Source: a virus
Lineage: Duplodnaviria > Caudoviricetes
Length of the DNA: 64,000 nucleotides
Reading direction: 5' to 3' (one strand)
Virus record (IMG/VR): IMGVR_UViG_3300020036_009452
Location: 1 to 64,000 of that record
The notes below the pieces were generated by a model. That model worked only from the letters and a program-made list of their open reading frames with translations. It did not search any database and was not told the origin of the DNA. Within the stretch, counting starts at the first letter, position 1. Each line of letters opens with the position of its first letter. Shown here piece after piece: positions 8,266 to 17,593 of this stretch. The position numbers were made by a program, and so were the translations under genes.

Positions 8266-9428
8266 ATTTAGCTTACGAAATCGATCCTCAACTGGGTGCA
8301 GAAATCCATACGGATCTCAGAAAGGCCGGGTTCTACGATAACACCGCTATACAAAACTGTATAGCTATGGCAACGCAGTTAACCAAGTCTAATTCACCAG
8401 CTACCATCATTAAAGAACTAGCGCCTGCAAAGTATGAAGACGCAAATTTTGCAATGGATTTACTTGAAGTTGCATCTGAATTACCAAGTGCCACTGTCCC
8501 AACGTTAGCCAAAGCCCTTGCTAAAGCTTACTTGGTACAACAGCTGAATGAACAGGCTGGAAGGAAGGGGCTTGGGAAAGAAGAATTGAAGGAATTATTG
8601 GAAGAAGAGCTTGAAAAAGCGGAAGCCACACGCTCAAAGGGCTCAGGAACAAAGAAGGACCCAAGATACCTAGATGAGTATTTTCGGGGAGAGCCGCTTG
8701 CCCCAGATTGGGATGAGTTAAAGCGGGGGGATTTGCCTGAAATGGTTATCAAGAGCAGTACGTTGGCCTTCGCTAACAAGAAGGTAACAACAGAAACAGT
8801 TGAAGGTAAGCCAAAGACAAGCTTAGTCATCAGGAGAATCCGATCAATTCGCGAAATCCAAAATGTAACTTTGAAAGAAAGGTTACTACCACCTGATGTT
8901 TTTGCCCTCAAACTTGCACAGAAGCAACTGCTTGGGGCCTTTCCTAAAAAGGCTGTGTCCATTCCCAAGACCTTAATTGTGCTTTTAGACGACTCAGGTT
9001 CTATGAACCAAGACTACAAAATAGCTTTAATTATAAAGATATTTGAAGCCTTATTCAAACCGATCCTTAAGGGAGATTTGCGACTGTTAGTTGCTCCATT
9101 TGAACACAATTTAGGAGCCTTCATGGAAATTAGTAATTCTGTACAAATTGAGAACTTCAAAAACACCATCACTGCTGGTTCAGGTGGCTGGACGTATCTC
9201 AATCACTTTCTACCTGGATTAATTGAGAATATAAAGAAAGGCGAGGTGAACAAACTTCCTGTCCCCACAGATACTCAGGTGTTGATAATAAACGACGGTG
9301 AGGATAACCCAAACATGACGCAATCTGATATTCCGGTTAACGCCATTGCACTTGCCCACCATCCCAACACGGAATTACGAGAGCTTTGCCGCAACAGTGG
9401 CGGAGAGTATATGCTTTTAAGACAATGA
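8262..9428 (+). CDS. VWA-domain protein (ViaA-like partner of MoxR)
   Basis: MIDAS LIVLLDDSGSM and LIINDGE; adjacent to the MoxR ATPase. Confidence 0.85.
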   Translation: MNLAYEIDPQLGAEIHTDLRKAGFYDNTAIQNCIAMATQLTKSNSPATIIKELAPAKYEDANFAMDLLEVASELPSATVPTLAKALAKAYLVQQLNEQAGRKGLGKEELKELLEEELEKAEATRSKGSGTKKDPRYLDEYFRGEPLAPDWDELKRGDLPEMVIKSSTLAFANKKVTTETVEGKPKTSLVIRRIRSIREIQNVTLKERLLPPDVFALKLAQKQLLGAFPKKAVSIPKTLIVLLDDSGSMNQDYKIALIIKIFEALFKPILKGDLRLLVAPFEHNLGAFMEISNSVQIENFKNTITAGSGGWTYLNHFLPGLIENIKKGEVNKLPVPTDTQVLIINDGEDNPNMTQSDIPVNAIALAHHPNTELRELCRNSGGEYMLLRQ

Positions 9429-9446
9429 TTGAGGACAATGATTGAG
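9421..9446 (+). repeat. Perfect 13-nt tandem duplication GACAATGATTGAG x2
   Basis: Copies at 9421-9433 and 9434-9446 span the VWA stop and the next start. Confidence 0.85.
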
Positions 9447-10493
9447 TTACACTCCTATATGAACGCGTTTGACGATAACAAGTTGCGTCCTGGATTTAGA
9501 GATCCCGAGGGTAATTTGTGGGTATTTTCCCACACAAAACCCAGAGACTTCTTCATATTAGTGCCCACAGAGAAGGTCGTCAGTAAACATTTCAAACCCA
9601 AAACATCAACAATTTATCTGACACTGGCTGATAACCAGTGTGCCCATCGCTACAATAATGTAAGTGGCGGTGATTTCAACTATGATTTTTTAACGTTAAA
9701 ACAACATATTTGTACAATGAAAAAAACACTCAATATCACCCATGAACAACTGGGCCTGTCGGCTCAAGCGAATCTCCAAGAAGTTTTGGAAATTCTCGGA
9801 CGGGAAAAGGCTGGAACCTTGAAGGAAGAGGACAAGGCTTACACCACCCTAGAGAAGTGGCCGGCAATCTCGCAGGCCTATGGTGACCTGCTCCTTAAGG
9901 AGGCGATCTCTGCCTTGCCTTTCGAGGGCGAGGTTGGCATCACAGACGACAACCGGAAAGATCTCAATGAAGCGGTAGCCATGCTCCAAACGGAGCCAAC
10001 CTCGGAATTGGCAATTTCAGTCCTCACTGAGGCTGGATTAACCTATGTCGTATCCCCGCCAGCTTCCGAGGAAGCTCTCCAAAGCGTTGTAACAAACACC
10101 GCTGCTGACGATGCCGCTGTGGAAGATGCCCCCCAGACCGAGGCGCCTGCAACCGATACACCAGCATTGGATGTGCCCCCTGCTGCTGGGGAACCAGAAC
10201 CATCTACCCAGCCGGAGGAATCATCTCCCCTCCCAGAAGCCCCCAAATCAACTGTGCCGGCGATTGCAAGCACCGGAGTCCAAAAAGGCTTAGCCGCGAC
10301 TGTGGCCGCAAACAAAGAGGTACTTAACAATGTGCGCACGATTCGCGAACAGGTCGGCAAACTTGCTGACACCGTAAACACGTTGACCGACTCCGCCATC
10401 GAAGCCGCAATGGCAGCAAGCGAAGCCGCTCAAGCCAGCCTCGAAGCCGCCAACACAGCCGTCCCAGTTGAGGACGCCATCATCGCCGAGTAA
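9438..10493 (+). CDS. Hypothetical protein with acidic Pro/Ala-rich linker and C-terminal coiled coil
   Basis: ORF from ATG 9438; possible internal start at 9717 with an AT-rich leader. Confidence 0.7.
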   Translation: MIELHSYMNAFDDNKLRPGFRDPEGNLWVFSHTKPRDFFILVPTEKVVSKHFKPKTSTIYLTLADNQCAHRYNNVSGGDFNYDFLTLKQHICTMKKTLNITHEQLGLSAQANLQEVLEILGREKAGTLKEEDKAYTTLEKWPAISQAYGDLLLKEAISALPFEGEVGITDDNRKDLNEAVAMLQTEPTSELAISVLTEAGLTYVVSPPASEEALQSVVTNTAADDAAVEDAPQTEAPATDTPALDVPPAAGEPEPSTQPEESSPLPEAPKSTVPAIASTGVQKGLAATVAANKEVLNNVRTIREQVGKLADTVNTLTDSAIEAAMAASEAAQASLEAANTAVPVEDAIIAE

Positions 10494-10516
10494 TTGAAGA
10501 CTTTATTGTTAACCTT

Positions 10517-10544
10517 GGGGGAGGCATAGAGCCCTCCCCCTTTT
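10517..10544 (+). terminator. Intrinsic terminator
   Basis: GGGGGAGG...CCTCCCCC followed by TTTT. Confidence 0.7.
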
Positions 10545-10554
10545 CAACAAAAAC

Positions 10555-11184
10555 ATGCAAAAAATAACCACCCGCTGGGGAACCGCCCAGATAATGGCCG
10601 CCGGAGAAGAGTGGACACTCCCCGCAGCCGCAAGAGTTGGCATCGGTACAAGTCCGTACTTGGCATTGCGGTGCACTCGAAAAGACCATCAAGGGAATGT
10701 CGTGGAAAAGCAGATCTCTGCCCGGGCGATGAACGAGGAATTGGAGTTGTTCCAACGCACAACCAATGCCAAGGACAGCGAATACTGCGCTACCGGCGAA
10801 GTTTGGATTGACCCGGACACAGGAATCGTTTGGTTGACGGACATTGAATTCCATAAAACGACTTATGCTCAAGTTGTCGAAACCAAAATTCGCATCGGTG
10901 GAGTTGTGAAGACTGAACAGTCTTTACAAATCATCCATATGCAAACAGTCAAATTGCGGATCCACCGCGATGGCCGCTTGCATTATGCCAACCAGTCCGC
11001 AGCACTCTCAATATCAGCCGAAACCCTAAAGTCCCAAATTGCTGTTGGACTGAAAAGCACAATCCGGGCTGACATCAAATGCGACGGGCGCACGATCCTA
11101 CCCAGAGTCGCCCTCATGGAGGGGGAACAAATCCTGAACCAGATGAACGCGTTCCTTGTTGCCAAACCCAAGCCGATACTATGA
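10555..11184 (+). CDS. Hypothetical protein (209 aa)
   Basis: Ends TGA in an ATGA overlap. Confidence 0.7.
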   Translation: MQKITTRWGTAQIMAAGEEWTLPAAARVGIGTSPYLALRCTRKDHQGNVVEKQISARAMNEELELFQRTTNAKDSEYCATGEVWIDPDTGIVWLTDIEFHKTTYAQVVETKIRIGGVVKTEQSLQIIHMQTVKLRIHRDGRLHYANQSAALSISAETLKSQIAVGLKSTIRADIKCDGRTILPRVALMEGEQILNQMNAFLVAKPKPIL

Positions 11185-11597
11185 GGAAATTGATATCCGG
11201 GCCCATCCGCTTAGAAGTCACTGCTCAGCGATTTGTATTGGCGGGGGACATTAGAATTTCAGACAATCAGATCGCAGGGTTGACTGCCCCTGCTAAGGAG
11301 GAGCTTACCCAATACATCCAAAACTATGTAGCCAGGCAATTCGTTACGCCGGGAATTCGCGTAATTAGGATGAACTTGGAGTCCTCTTCTAAGGGAGAGT
11401 ACTTCGGAAAGATTATTCTGGGCATTGAAGCAGACACGTTATCTCCGGTGATGCTTATCAGTATGCAAATCAGTTTAATTAGAACCTTGAAACATGTACG
11501 TTCTAAACTTGCTATGGCGTCTGGCGCTTCTTTCAGTCGTCGCCATTTTACTTTTTGGAAGCGTCGTTCCGGGCGAGTCCAAATTACAACGGTTTGA
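11181..11597 (+). CDS. Hypothetical protein (138 aa)
   Basis: Start reassigned to ATG 11181 (ATGA overlap); TGA stop. Confidence 0.55.
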   Translation: MRKLISGPIRLEVTAQRFVLAGDIRISDNQIAGLTAPAKEELTQYIQNYVARQFVTPGIRVIRMNLESSSKGEYFGKIILGIEADTLSPVMLISMQISLIRTLKHVRSKLAMASGASFSRRHFTFWKRRSGRVQITTV

Positions 11598-12018
11598 CGA
11601 AAAGGTTGCTGCAGAAATTCGATGGTTTGCTCTCCTTGATTCAGCGGGCTTTGAGTTCCCAAGGATCATAACTGCCCAAATGATTTTAGAGACAGGAGAT
11701 TTCTCATCCGAGATTTACCACGATAATAATAATTATTTTGGGATGAAATATCGGAAAACGAACGATTTCACTTCTGGAGCTCAACACGGACACGCTAATT
11801 ATGCTAATGTGTACCAGTCTTTGAAAGACTATCGCAGGTATCAACGTATGATCTTACGGTTAGCCCGCAAACAAGGTTACATAATCAAGAGCGAAGAAGA
11901 TTATTTGTGGCTATTGGAACATTTACCGCACTGTAAGAATTGCAGGTACGCAGAAGATCTCCAGTATACAAATAAATTACGGAGCTTATTGAAAGAACTA
12001 CCGTCTTGGCCGGCCTAG
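11494..12018 (+). CDS. Second glucosaminidase/muramidase-like protein with N-terminal TM segment
   Basis: AQMILETG...NNNYFGMK...YLWLLEHL...YAEDLQY motif set. Confidence 0.75.
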   Translation: MYVLNLLWRLALLSVVAILLFGSVVPGESKLQRFDEKVAAEIRWFALLDSAGFEFPRIITAQMILETGDFSSEIYHDNNNYFGMKYRKTNDFTSGAQHGHANYANVYQSLKDYRRYQRMILRLARKQGYIIKSEEDYLWLLEHLPHCKNCRYAEDLQYTNKLRSLLKELPSWPA

Positions 12019-12034
12019 GCTGGGGTGGTATTGA

Positions 12035-12200
12035 ACCCTACGGGGTAATTAGGCTTCTCCCCTGTGTAGTGGGGCCACTGACGCGCGTACCTTCGCGAAG
12101 ACTCGAAGTTCTGTGGGCCTGGCTGTGAAAGTGGCTGGGTCTGTGGTGATTGGGTAAGTAGTAAGGGCTGAATTCGGTCTTATTGCATGGGGGAGTTTTT
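12035..12200 (+). ncRNA. Candidate structured ncRNA (multibranch, G.U-rich)
   Basis: cUACGg tetraloop hairpin (12035-46); 13-bp closing stem 12057-69/12183-95; 12-bp GAAA-capped stem 12115-42; hairpin 12163-81; U-tract follows. Confidence 0.6.
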
Positions 12201-12222
12201 GTTCAACTCTAAACTTTAACAT

Positions 12223-13563
12223 ATGCCAATTATTTTAGTATTAACAGTAGTGGCTATTGCCATCACAATGCTGTTGATGTACGCACATTACAAAATGCAA
12301 ATGCGGGCCAACGCTGAACATCAGGCTGTGGTCGAAGAGACCTTGATCGTGCAGCACGAACAAAACAACCAATTGAAGGCCTTGGTTGATAAACTTGGAC
12401 CCCGCTACCTGACTGCACAAGGCTCGGCAATCTCTGGAATGCTAAAAACCGGAATGTGGAACAAACTGGCGGTAAGGGGGGCGGCTGGAAAGGCCTTGGA
12501 AGAGTTTTTGTTTTACTTCTTAGACAAGGTACAGGGTGCTATTTTGGAGGAATTGATTCACGATGGTACGCCCAGCATGTTCCAGGAAGATCCCGATCAA
12601 CACTTTTTCAAAATTTCAGGTACAGAAGGCGAAACCGATGTGGTGGTGCTCCAATTTACCGTGACGAAAATCCCACTAACTGAAATCGAAGAGGCTGACA
12701 AGGCCGCTCCATTCAGTAGGGACAAAACTTCGGTAGCTGTTATCAACAGCCTGACGATTTATACGCCACAGGAGTGCCAGGGTGAGTGCCCCATTAACAC
12801 AATCACGACAGCAAACGATGTTGTCAAAGATTGTGTAACACCGGTGCGCCGAGTCCTGCGGACCCCAGAGGCAACATTAGCCTACACCACCTTTGTGCCT
12901 CAAAATGGAAACTGGCGTTACTGCTCGATGCCTAAGGAAGTCCCAACGCCACAGATCTTGAGCCTTTCGTACCCAAGCCTACAAATTCGCGGGGAGAGAA
13001 CCCGCATGACTATCACAAAGCTTATCAAAGCTTTGCGGGAGTCTTGGACTACGGGCGAAGTTGTTAGGGTAGCTTTTCTCGGTGAACCTGGAACAGGTAA
13101 ATCACGACTCCTTAGGATTCTCGCAGGAGTTGCGCAAGAATGTGATATGCGCGTTTCCATAATCAACGTCGGAACTTTGAAAGATGTTTTGGACAATGGC
13201 GGGTTTGACCAAATCCCAGCCGGCAAGAACGGAACTTTAGTAATCGTCGATGAAGCGCAGTCTGTTCCTATAGCACAGCTTGCTGACCTCAACCAGAAGA
13301 TGGAGGGGGTAATCAAGAACGCAAATATATCATTTGCCATTGCCGCCAACGGTGAATTGGATCCTGCGACTCTTCGCAGCGGCCGAATCGATTTGGCCCT
13401 AATGCTGGGAGCTTTAAGTGAAGACGACACTGCGGCCTTGTACGCGGCCGTAAAATCGGAAAACCCGGGCCTCCATTGGAGCCCATTGCCGGACAAAGCG
13501 AGTTTGACTCTTGCCCAAATTTATGGCCTAGGCCGCAAGAAGCAATTCTCTGAATTGTTGTAG
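12223..13563 (+). CDS. Membrane-anchored AAA+ ATPase
   Basis: N-terminal TM segment; FLGEPGTGKS, VIVDEAQ, PATLRSGRIDL (arginine finger). Confidence 0.8.
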   Translation: MPIILVLTVVAIAITMLLMYAHYKMQMRANAEHQAVVEETLIVQHEQNNQLKALVDKLGPRYLTAQGSAISGMLKTGMWNKLAVRGAAGKALEEFLFYFLDKVQGAILEELIHDGTPSMFQEDPDQHFFKISGTEGETDVVVLQFTVTKIPLTEIEEADKAAPFSRDKTSVAVINSLTIYTPQECQGECPINTITTANDVVKDCVTPVRRVLRTPEATLAYTTFVPQNGNWRYCSMPKEVPTPQILSLSYPSLQIRGERTRMTITKLIKALRESWTTGEVVRVAFLGEPGTGKSRLLRILAGVAQECDMRVSIINVGTLKDVLDNGGFDQIPAGKNGTLVIVDEAQSVPIAQLADLNQKMEGVIKNANISFAIAANGELDPATLRSGRIDLALMLGALSEDDTAALYAAVKSENPGLHWSPLPDKASLTLAQIYGLGRKKQFSELL

Positions 13564-13571
13564 TATTTAGG

Positions 13572-13607
13572 GGGTGCACTCAGATTATCGGGTGCACCCT
13601 AGTTTTT
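13572..13607 (+). terminator. Intrinsic terminator-like hairpin
   Basis: GGGTGCACTC/GGGTGCACCC followed by TAGTTTTTT. Confidence 0.7.
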
Positions 13608-13616
13608 TCTAAATTT

Positions 13617-14291
13617 ATGATTTTAAACGAAGGAGACCACATAGATCTGGGCGGGAAGGTGCGGACTGATCGGACTAAATCCCGAGGCGGTTATGATTAC
13701 ACATTCCCAGCGGCTGCATCCTTTTTCATTGACTATGGTGTATTAACACGCTTCAACGTAGCCGATGATTGGGTAGAACTTGTGCGGCCTGAATATATAA
13801 ATGATGTACTAAAGCTTCCATTATCTTTTGAACCTCTTGGAATAGGACGCCTCGGGATACGTAGCTTTGTACCCCCATTATCGTTACCTTTCGACCATCC
13901 TGGCTGTATAACAGAGTTGTCAAGCAATTTTATGTGTATGCACCGACGTACTAACACAAAATGCCGACTAAGACTGGATGTAAATTTCGATATAAATGGC
14001 GTCTATACGCTAACTCCAGTTGATGGCGGAGAAGCAAGAAGCTTCACAAGCCATGAATGGACTCGACAAAATCTAGCCGAGCACCTCGAACTTCAAAAGG
14101 GCAGTGTTCCAATGGGCCGTGCTATCGTTCGAGGATTTGTGTTGGAAACTAGGGGCAGAAAAGAATTTAAGTCCTCGCAAGCATACTCGAGGATTAACAC
14201 ACCGAGAAGTCTGGATAAGGTGAGTATAGTTACTGCTCACCCAGATTTAAGTTTGAACTTTTTTCCGGCTCACTTAATCATACCTATATGA
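13617..14291 (+). CDS. Hypothetical protein (224 aa)
   Basis: Ends TGA in an ATGA overlap; in-frame TAG two codons later. Confidence 0.7.
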   Translation: MILNEGDHIDLGGKVRTDRTKSRGGYDYTFPAAASFFIDYGVLTRFNVADDWVELVRPEYINDVLKLPLSFEPLGIGRLGIRSFVPPLSLPFDHPGCITELSSNFMCMHRRTNTKCRLRLDVNFDINGVYTLTPVDGGEARSFTSHEWTRQNLAEHLELQKGSVPMGRAIVRGFVLETRGRKEFKSSQAYSRINTPRSLDKVSIVTAHPDLSLNFFPAHLIIPI

Positions 14292-14806
14292 GACTAGAAG
14301 TCAAACAACTATCAGATTCAGGAAATCAACTCGTTCGGAATTTTACTCTGGAAGATGTTATTCTTGATTGGGGATACGAGTTAACCCCTGGGAGACCTTC
14401 CCCCGCAATTAAACTCTACACAGGCGAAAATAATAACCCTTACTATTTGATAGGGGTCCATAATATAGAAACAATTTGCGGAACAATAAAGACACTGCTC
14501 ACAAACAAGGCAGAGAGTTTAACCTTGCCAATTGACATATTTGATCCAGTTCTACCAACACACGATCCATGTAGCTGGGGCCTGAAAAGCTACCTAGCTA
14601 CTTTGAATGTAGTGCATTACCAAAATACCCAAGCCTTCCAGATATTCAGTACCAAAGAGCGCCAACAGTTAATATTGGGTTCTATAGAACCAATAAAGGG
14701 CCGAAACGCAAAAGAGGTATCAAGACACTGGCGGGCGCGGCTCCCAATCACGCAAACCAACATTTCAAAAAAAATATTTTTCGATGAAATACTTGCTAAT
14801 ATGTAG
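14288..14806 (+). CDS. Hypothetical protein (172 aa)
   Basis: ORF track; TAG stop. Confidence 0.7.
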   Translation: MRLEVKQLSDSGNQLVRNFTLEDVILDWGYELTPGRPSPAIKLYTGENNNPYYLIGVHNIETICGTIKTLLTNKAESLTLPIDIFDPVLPTHDPCSWGLKSYLATLNVVHYQNTQAFQIFSTKERQQLILGSIEPIKGRNAKEVSRHWRARLPITQTNISKKIFFDEILANM

Positions 14807-15197
14807 TACATTTTGTATCTTTGCATGCGGCGATCCCGCTGATAAAGAATACGTCCTCCCAGAGAGGCCTCTTTCCCAAGACTCCATCCCGACAATTGAA
14901 ATTGGCGCTAGTGTGGAAGAATTGAGTGAAATCACTGTTCAACTGCCGAAATTAACGGACAAACATTGTCCAACGGCTGTTTTCAATATTGAAGTGCATA
15001 TTGCGGATGATACCGTCAGCAACTACAGCATTAAATATGTATGCGGTGGAACAGCTAAAACTATCCCAAAGGCGCAGTACATTCAACCCAACGACACCAA
15101 GATCAAAATTGCGCGCCGCTTAGGCCTGCAGCCCCATCAAATCCTAAACCGTGAACCACTAAAAGTAGGGGAAAAAATCAATGCGAAAGTTAACTAG
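14784..15197 (+). CDS. Putative lipoprotein with C-terminal LysM-like domain
   Basis: Lipobox CIFA-CGD; YIQPNDTKIKIARRLGLQPHQILNREPLKVGEKI resembles LysM. Confidence 0.6.
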   Translation: MKYLLICSTFCIFACGDPADKEYVLPERPLSQDSIPTIEIGASVEELSEITVQLPKLTDKHCPTAVFNIEVHIADDTVSNYSIKYVCGGTAKTIPKAQYIQPNDTKIKIARRLGLQPHQILNREPLKVGEKINAKVN

Positions 15198-15642
15198 GGC
15201 CCAATATACCCGTTTTCTGTATTACGGAGAAGGTGAATCCTTTTACGATGAACCGGTTGAAGATTCATTGGAATCTCTTCCACAGGTATCAAAACGCGAA
15301 CGGAAGCGTTTGAAGAAAGCAGAATTCCGCCAATGGGTTGAAACGAGGTATTACACCTCTGTGCGTGCCCGGCATAGTTTAGAAATGGATTGGCGTGACA
15401 TGGTTCGCACCTTGTGCTACGTTGACCTATTTAATCACCCGTTCGAGCTACAGAAGGCTCGTAAACTAATTCAGTATGGTCGTAGAAAACTCGGTCATCG
15501 AGAAATTCCTGGGTCAAGACCTTTCCGCGTGGAAAAATACTCGATTCCCGTACCCCAACAAAGTTGGGAAGAAATACGGCGAAATCGAGAATTTTCTCAA
15601 GCTTTCTTTAATGGTACAGCAGAACTCCGCCGCATCCTATGA
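15181..15642 (+). CDS. Hypothetical Arg-rich protein (153 aa; +7 aa if TGA is read through)
   Basis: ORF track. Confidence 0.65.
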   Translation: MRKLTRAQYTRFLYYGEGESFYDEPVEDSLESLPQVSKRERKRLKKAEFRQWVETRYYTSVRARHSLEMDWRDMVRTLCYVDLFNHPFELQKARKLIQYGRRKLGHREIPGSRPFRVEKYSIPVPQQSWEEIRRNREFSQAFFNGTAELRRIL

Positions 15643-15747
15643 AAATGGGAAGTTGGTTTTTAGCTTCTGTTATTACCATCACCACATGGGTAACGTTGTG
15701 GTAACTGCATCAAGTTGGCCGCAAGGTAAAAAGAAAATAATTCGATT

Positions 15748-16302
15748 ATGTTTCCAGGAACTGAAAAAAAGATATTCATCTTAGAGCCGTCGAGCATGGC
15801 TCACATAGCGCAAGTGCACCGATTGAAGCAATTATTTTTACAGGAAGAGTGGAAGGTGGAAAAATTACAGCCCTCCACTAAACTATACAGCACTAACGCA
15901 ATAATTTTAGTCCCTGATACAGCGGGCTTGAATTGCAACGTTTCATACGTAAAAAGTGCGTTTATCCCTACTATCCCCGCGCAAGATGCGGGTGTAGAGT
16001 ATTGGCGGTTAAACCTAATGCACTACTATGTCAAGAAGCGCATACCCATTTTAGGCATTGGAACCTCCGCATGTCTTATCTTTGGGGAGTTGTGCGGTAA
16101 TTTGATTTACGGTAGGGATGGCCTCTCATTTGGGGCTCCAAGAAAAGATAGAGTAATAGACTCCGGGAATGATTGGTTTATTGGTAAAAATTGTGCCGGT
16201 ATGCAAACCTTCCAAGTCGACGAAAACCTTAGCATGTTTGCTGAGGCGTTATTACCAAAAGCACCAGACGGTGATAGCGCAATGGTACCGGTGCTAGTCT
16301 AA
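15748..16302 (+). CDS. Class I glutamine amidotransferase/peptidase C26-like protein, probably inactive
   Basis: KKRIPILGIGTSACLIFGELCGNL resembles PILGICRG..LL...GG.L, with the catalytic Cys replaced by Gly. Confidence 0.45.
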   Translation: MFPGTEKKIFILEPSSMAHIAQVHRLKQLFLQEEWKVEKLQPSTKLYSTNAIILVPDTAGLNCNVSYVKSAFIPTIPAQDAGVEYWRLNLMHYYVKKRIPILGIGTSACLIFGELCGNLIYGRDGLSFGAPRKDRVIDSGNDWFIGKNCAGMQTFQVDENLSMFAEALLPKAPDGDSAMVPVLV

Positions 16303-16303
16303 C

Positions 16304-16600
16304 ATGAATAAATCAATTGCTGCCTACGTTAGAGATCGTTGCTGAGTACTGCGACGTAAATCTGATAAGCAGGCACTGAACGTGTCGTATACGGTAGAGG
16401 GCTTGAAATGGTCTACAAATAAACTAGGAAAGGCCCTCTTTTTTAAAAAAGCCATCATCACAAATGGCAAGATAGTTGGGGATTTATCCCCTTCTCCAGA
16501 AGTGTACTATGAACTGTTTGATCCAATCGAGCATTACAATCTTACGCTTCAACGCGCCGAACTGAGGTGTCTAGATAAAGCTTTACGGCTTTGCTACTAG
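16304..16600 (+). CDS. Hypothetical protein, first clearly TGA-recoded gene (1 TGA)
   Basis: ATG 16304 directly after the previous stop; in-frame TGA 16343-45 joins it to ORF 16382-16600. Confidence 0.6.
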
Positions 16601-16656
16601 GCAGGCAGCTAATCCGGGACCTCGAAGACCGGTTTGTTTACATTAAATAATAGATT

Positions 16657-17268
16657 TTGAAAACTTTTTTATACAGGCTGGGGGCAATTGTAGTTGCCGT
16701 GACATTCACAGCCATGTTGCTGACTACATCTAAACTCGAGACAAAAGTCGAGCGGATGGGCGTAGAGCAACACCAACTGAATCAAACGAACGACTCACTC
16801 AAAAATCGACTTGATACCCTACAGGGAGAAGTTGAACGATTGCGTGAAACCCATCCTTATCAATCACGTAAGTGAAAGAATAGGAAAACGGGACTTTGCA
16901 CCCAGGGAAACTTCTTCGGATTTATATTGTACACACCGGTAGATACTACAATAAGCGACGACTTTGCTGTTGTGCTGTCTACATATCAAGGCCCGAAGGC
17001 TAAGGTAAACAGTGTGCGCAGGCATTCTAATCCTGATTCTCGCCACTACCATGGGAAAGCTATTGATTTAGCTTGAGATGATGAATTAATTGCCTTTCTT
17101 ATTTCCCAAGAAGGTAAAAGTTGGCTACAAGCGCATGGGATTACTCTCTACATAGAGGGTTTGCCAGGAAGTCGTAGGGTAAGGGAGTATCTCCAAAACC
17201 CTGAGGCGGCACCTTATTGTTTCTTCAATTCGGAAGCAACTGGCGATCACATACACTTAAATATCTAA
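16657..17268 (+). CDS. Membrane-anchored peptidase M15-family endolysin (2 TGA=Trp)
   Basis: TM segment and coiled coil, TGA 16873-75, then SRHYHGKAIDLA-(TGA 17074-76)-DD...DHIHL Zn-peptidase motifs; TAA 17266-68. Confidence 0.8.
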
Positions 17269-17275
17269 GGGGTTA

Positions 17276-17295
17276 GGGGGAAGTAAAATTCCCCC
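17276..17295 (+). terminator. Hairpin after the endolysin gene
   Basis: GGGGGAA-GTAAAA-TTCCCCC. Confidence 0.5.
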
Positions 17296-17308
17296 TCTCT
17301 TCTAATTT

Positions 17309-17593
17309 ATGCAACACATATTTGAGTTACTACTATCCGCTGCAGCGGGAGCTGTAGCTACAAAGAGCATTGACTTTCTCCCAGCATTAATGAGATTGTT
17401 TCAAGGTCTCCAAGAAGCTCCAGTTGTACGCAGCAATGCCTCTACCCCCACAGAACCAACCAACAGTTTGCAAACAGAACCGACCTCATTTAAACGAACA
17501 AAAAATGGATACACTGCAACCTTCACATTTGTGGAAGGTCCATCACGGGGTACTGACCCCATGCACAGGTCTTGAGATAACAAAAGCCCTTAG
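17309..17593 (+). CDS. Small hypothetical protein
   Basis: TCTAA leader; TGA 17573-75 or TAG 17591-93; overlaps the polA start. Confidence 0.45.

Noticed and set aside
12075-12115. Variant hammerhead (CTGACGC-stem-GAAG)
   Set aside because: Core A9 and A15.1 are missing and stem I pairs poorly; kept only as part of the unassigned ncRNA.
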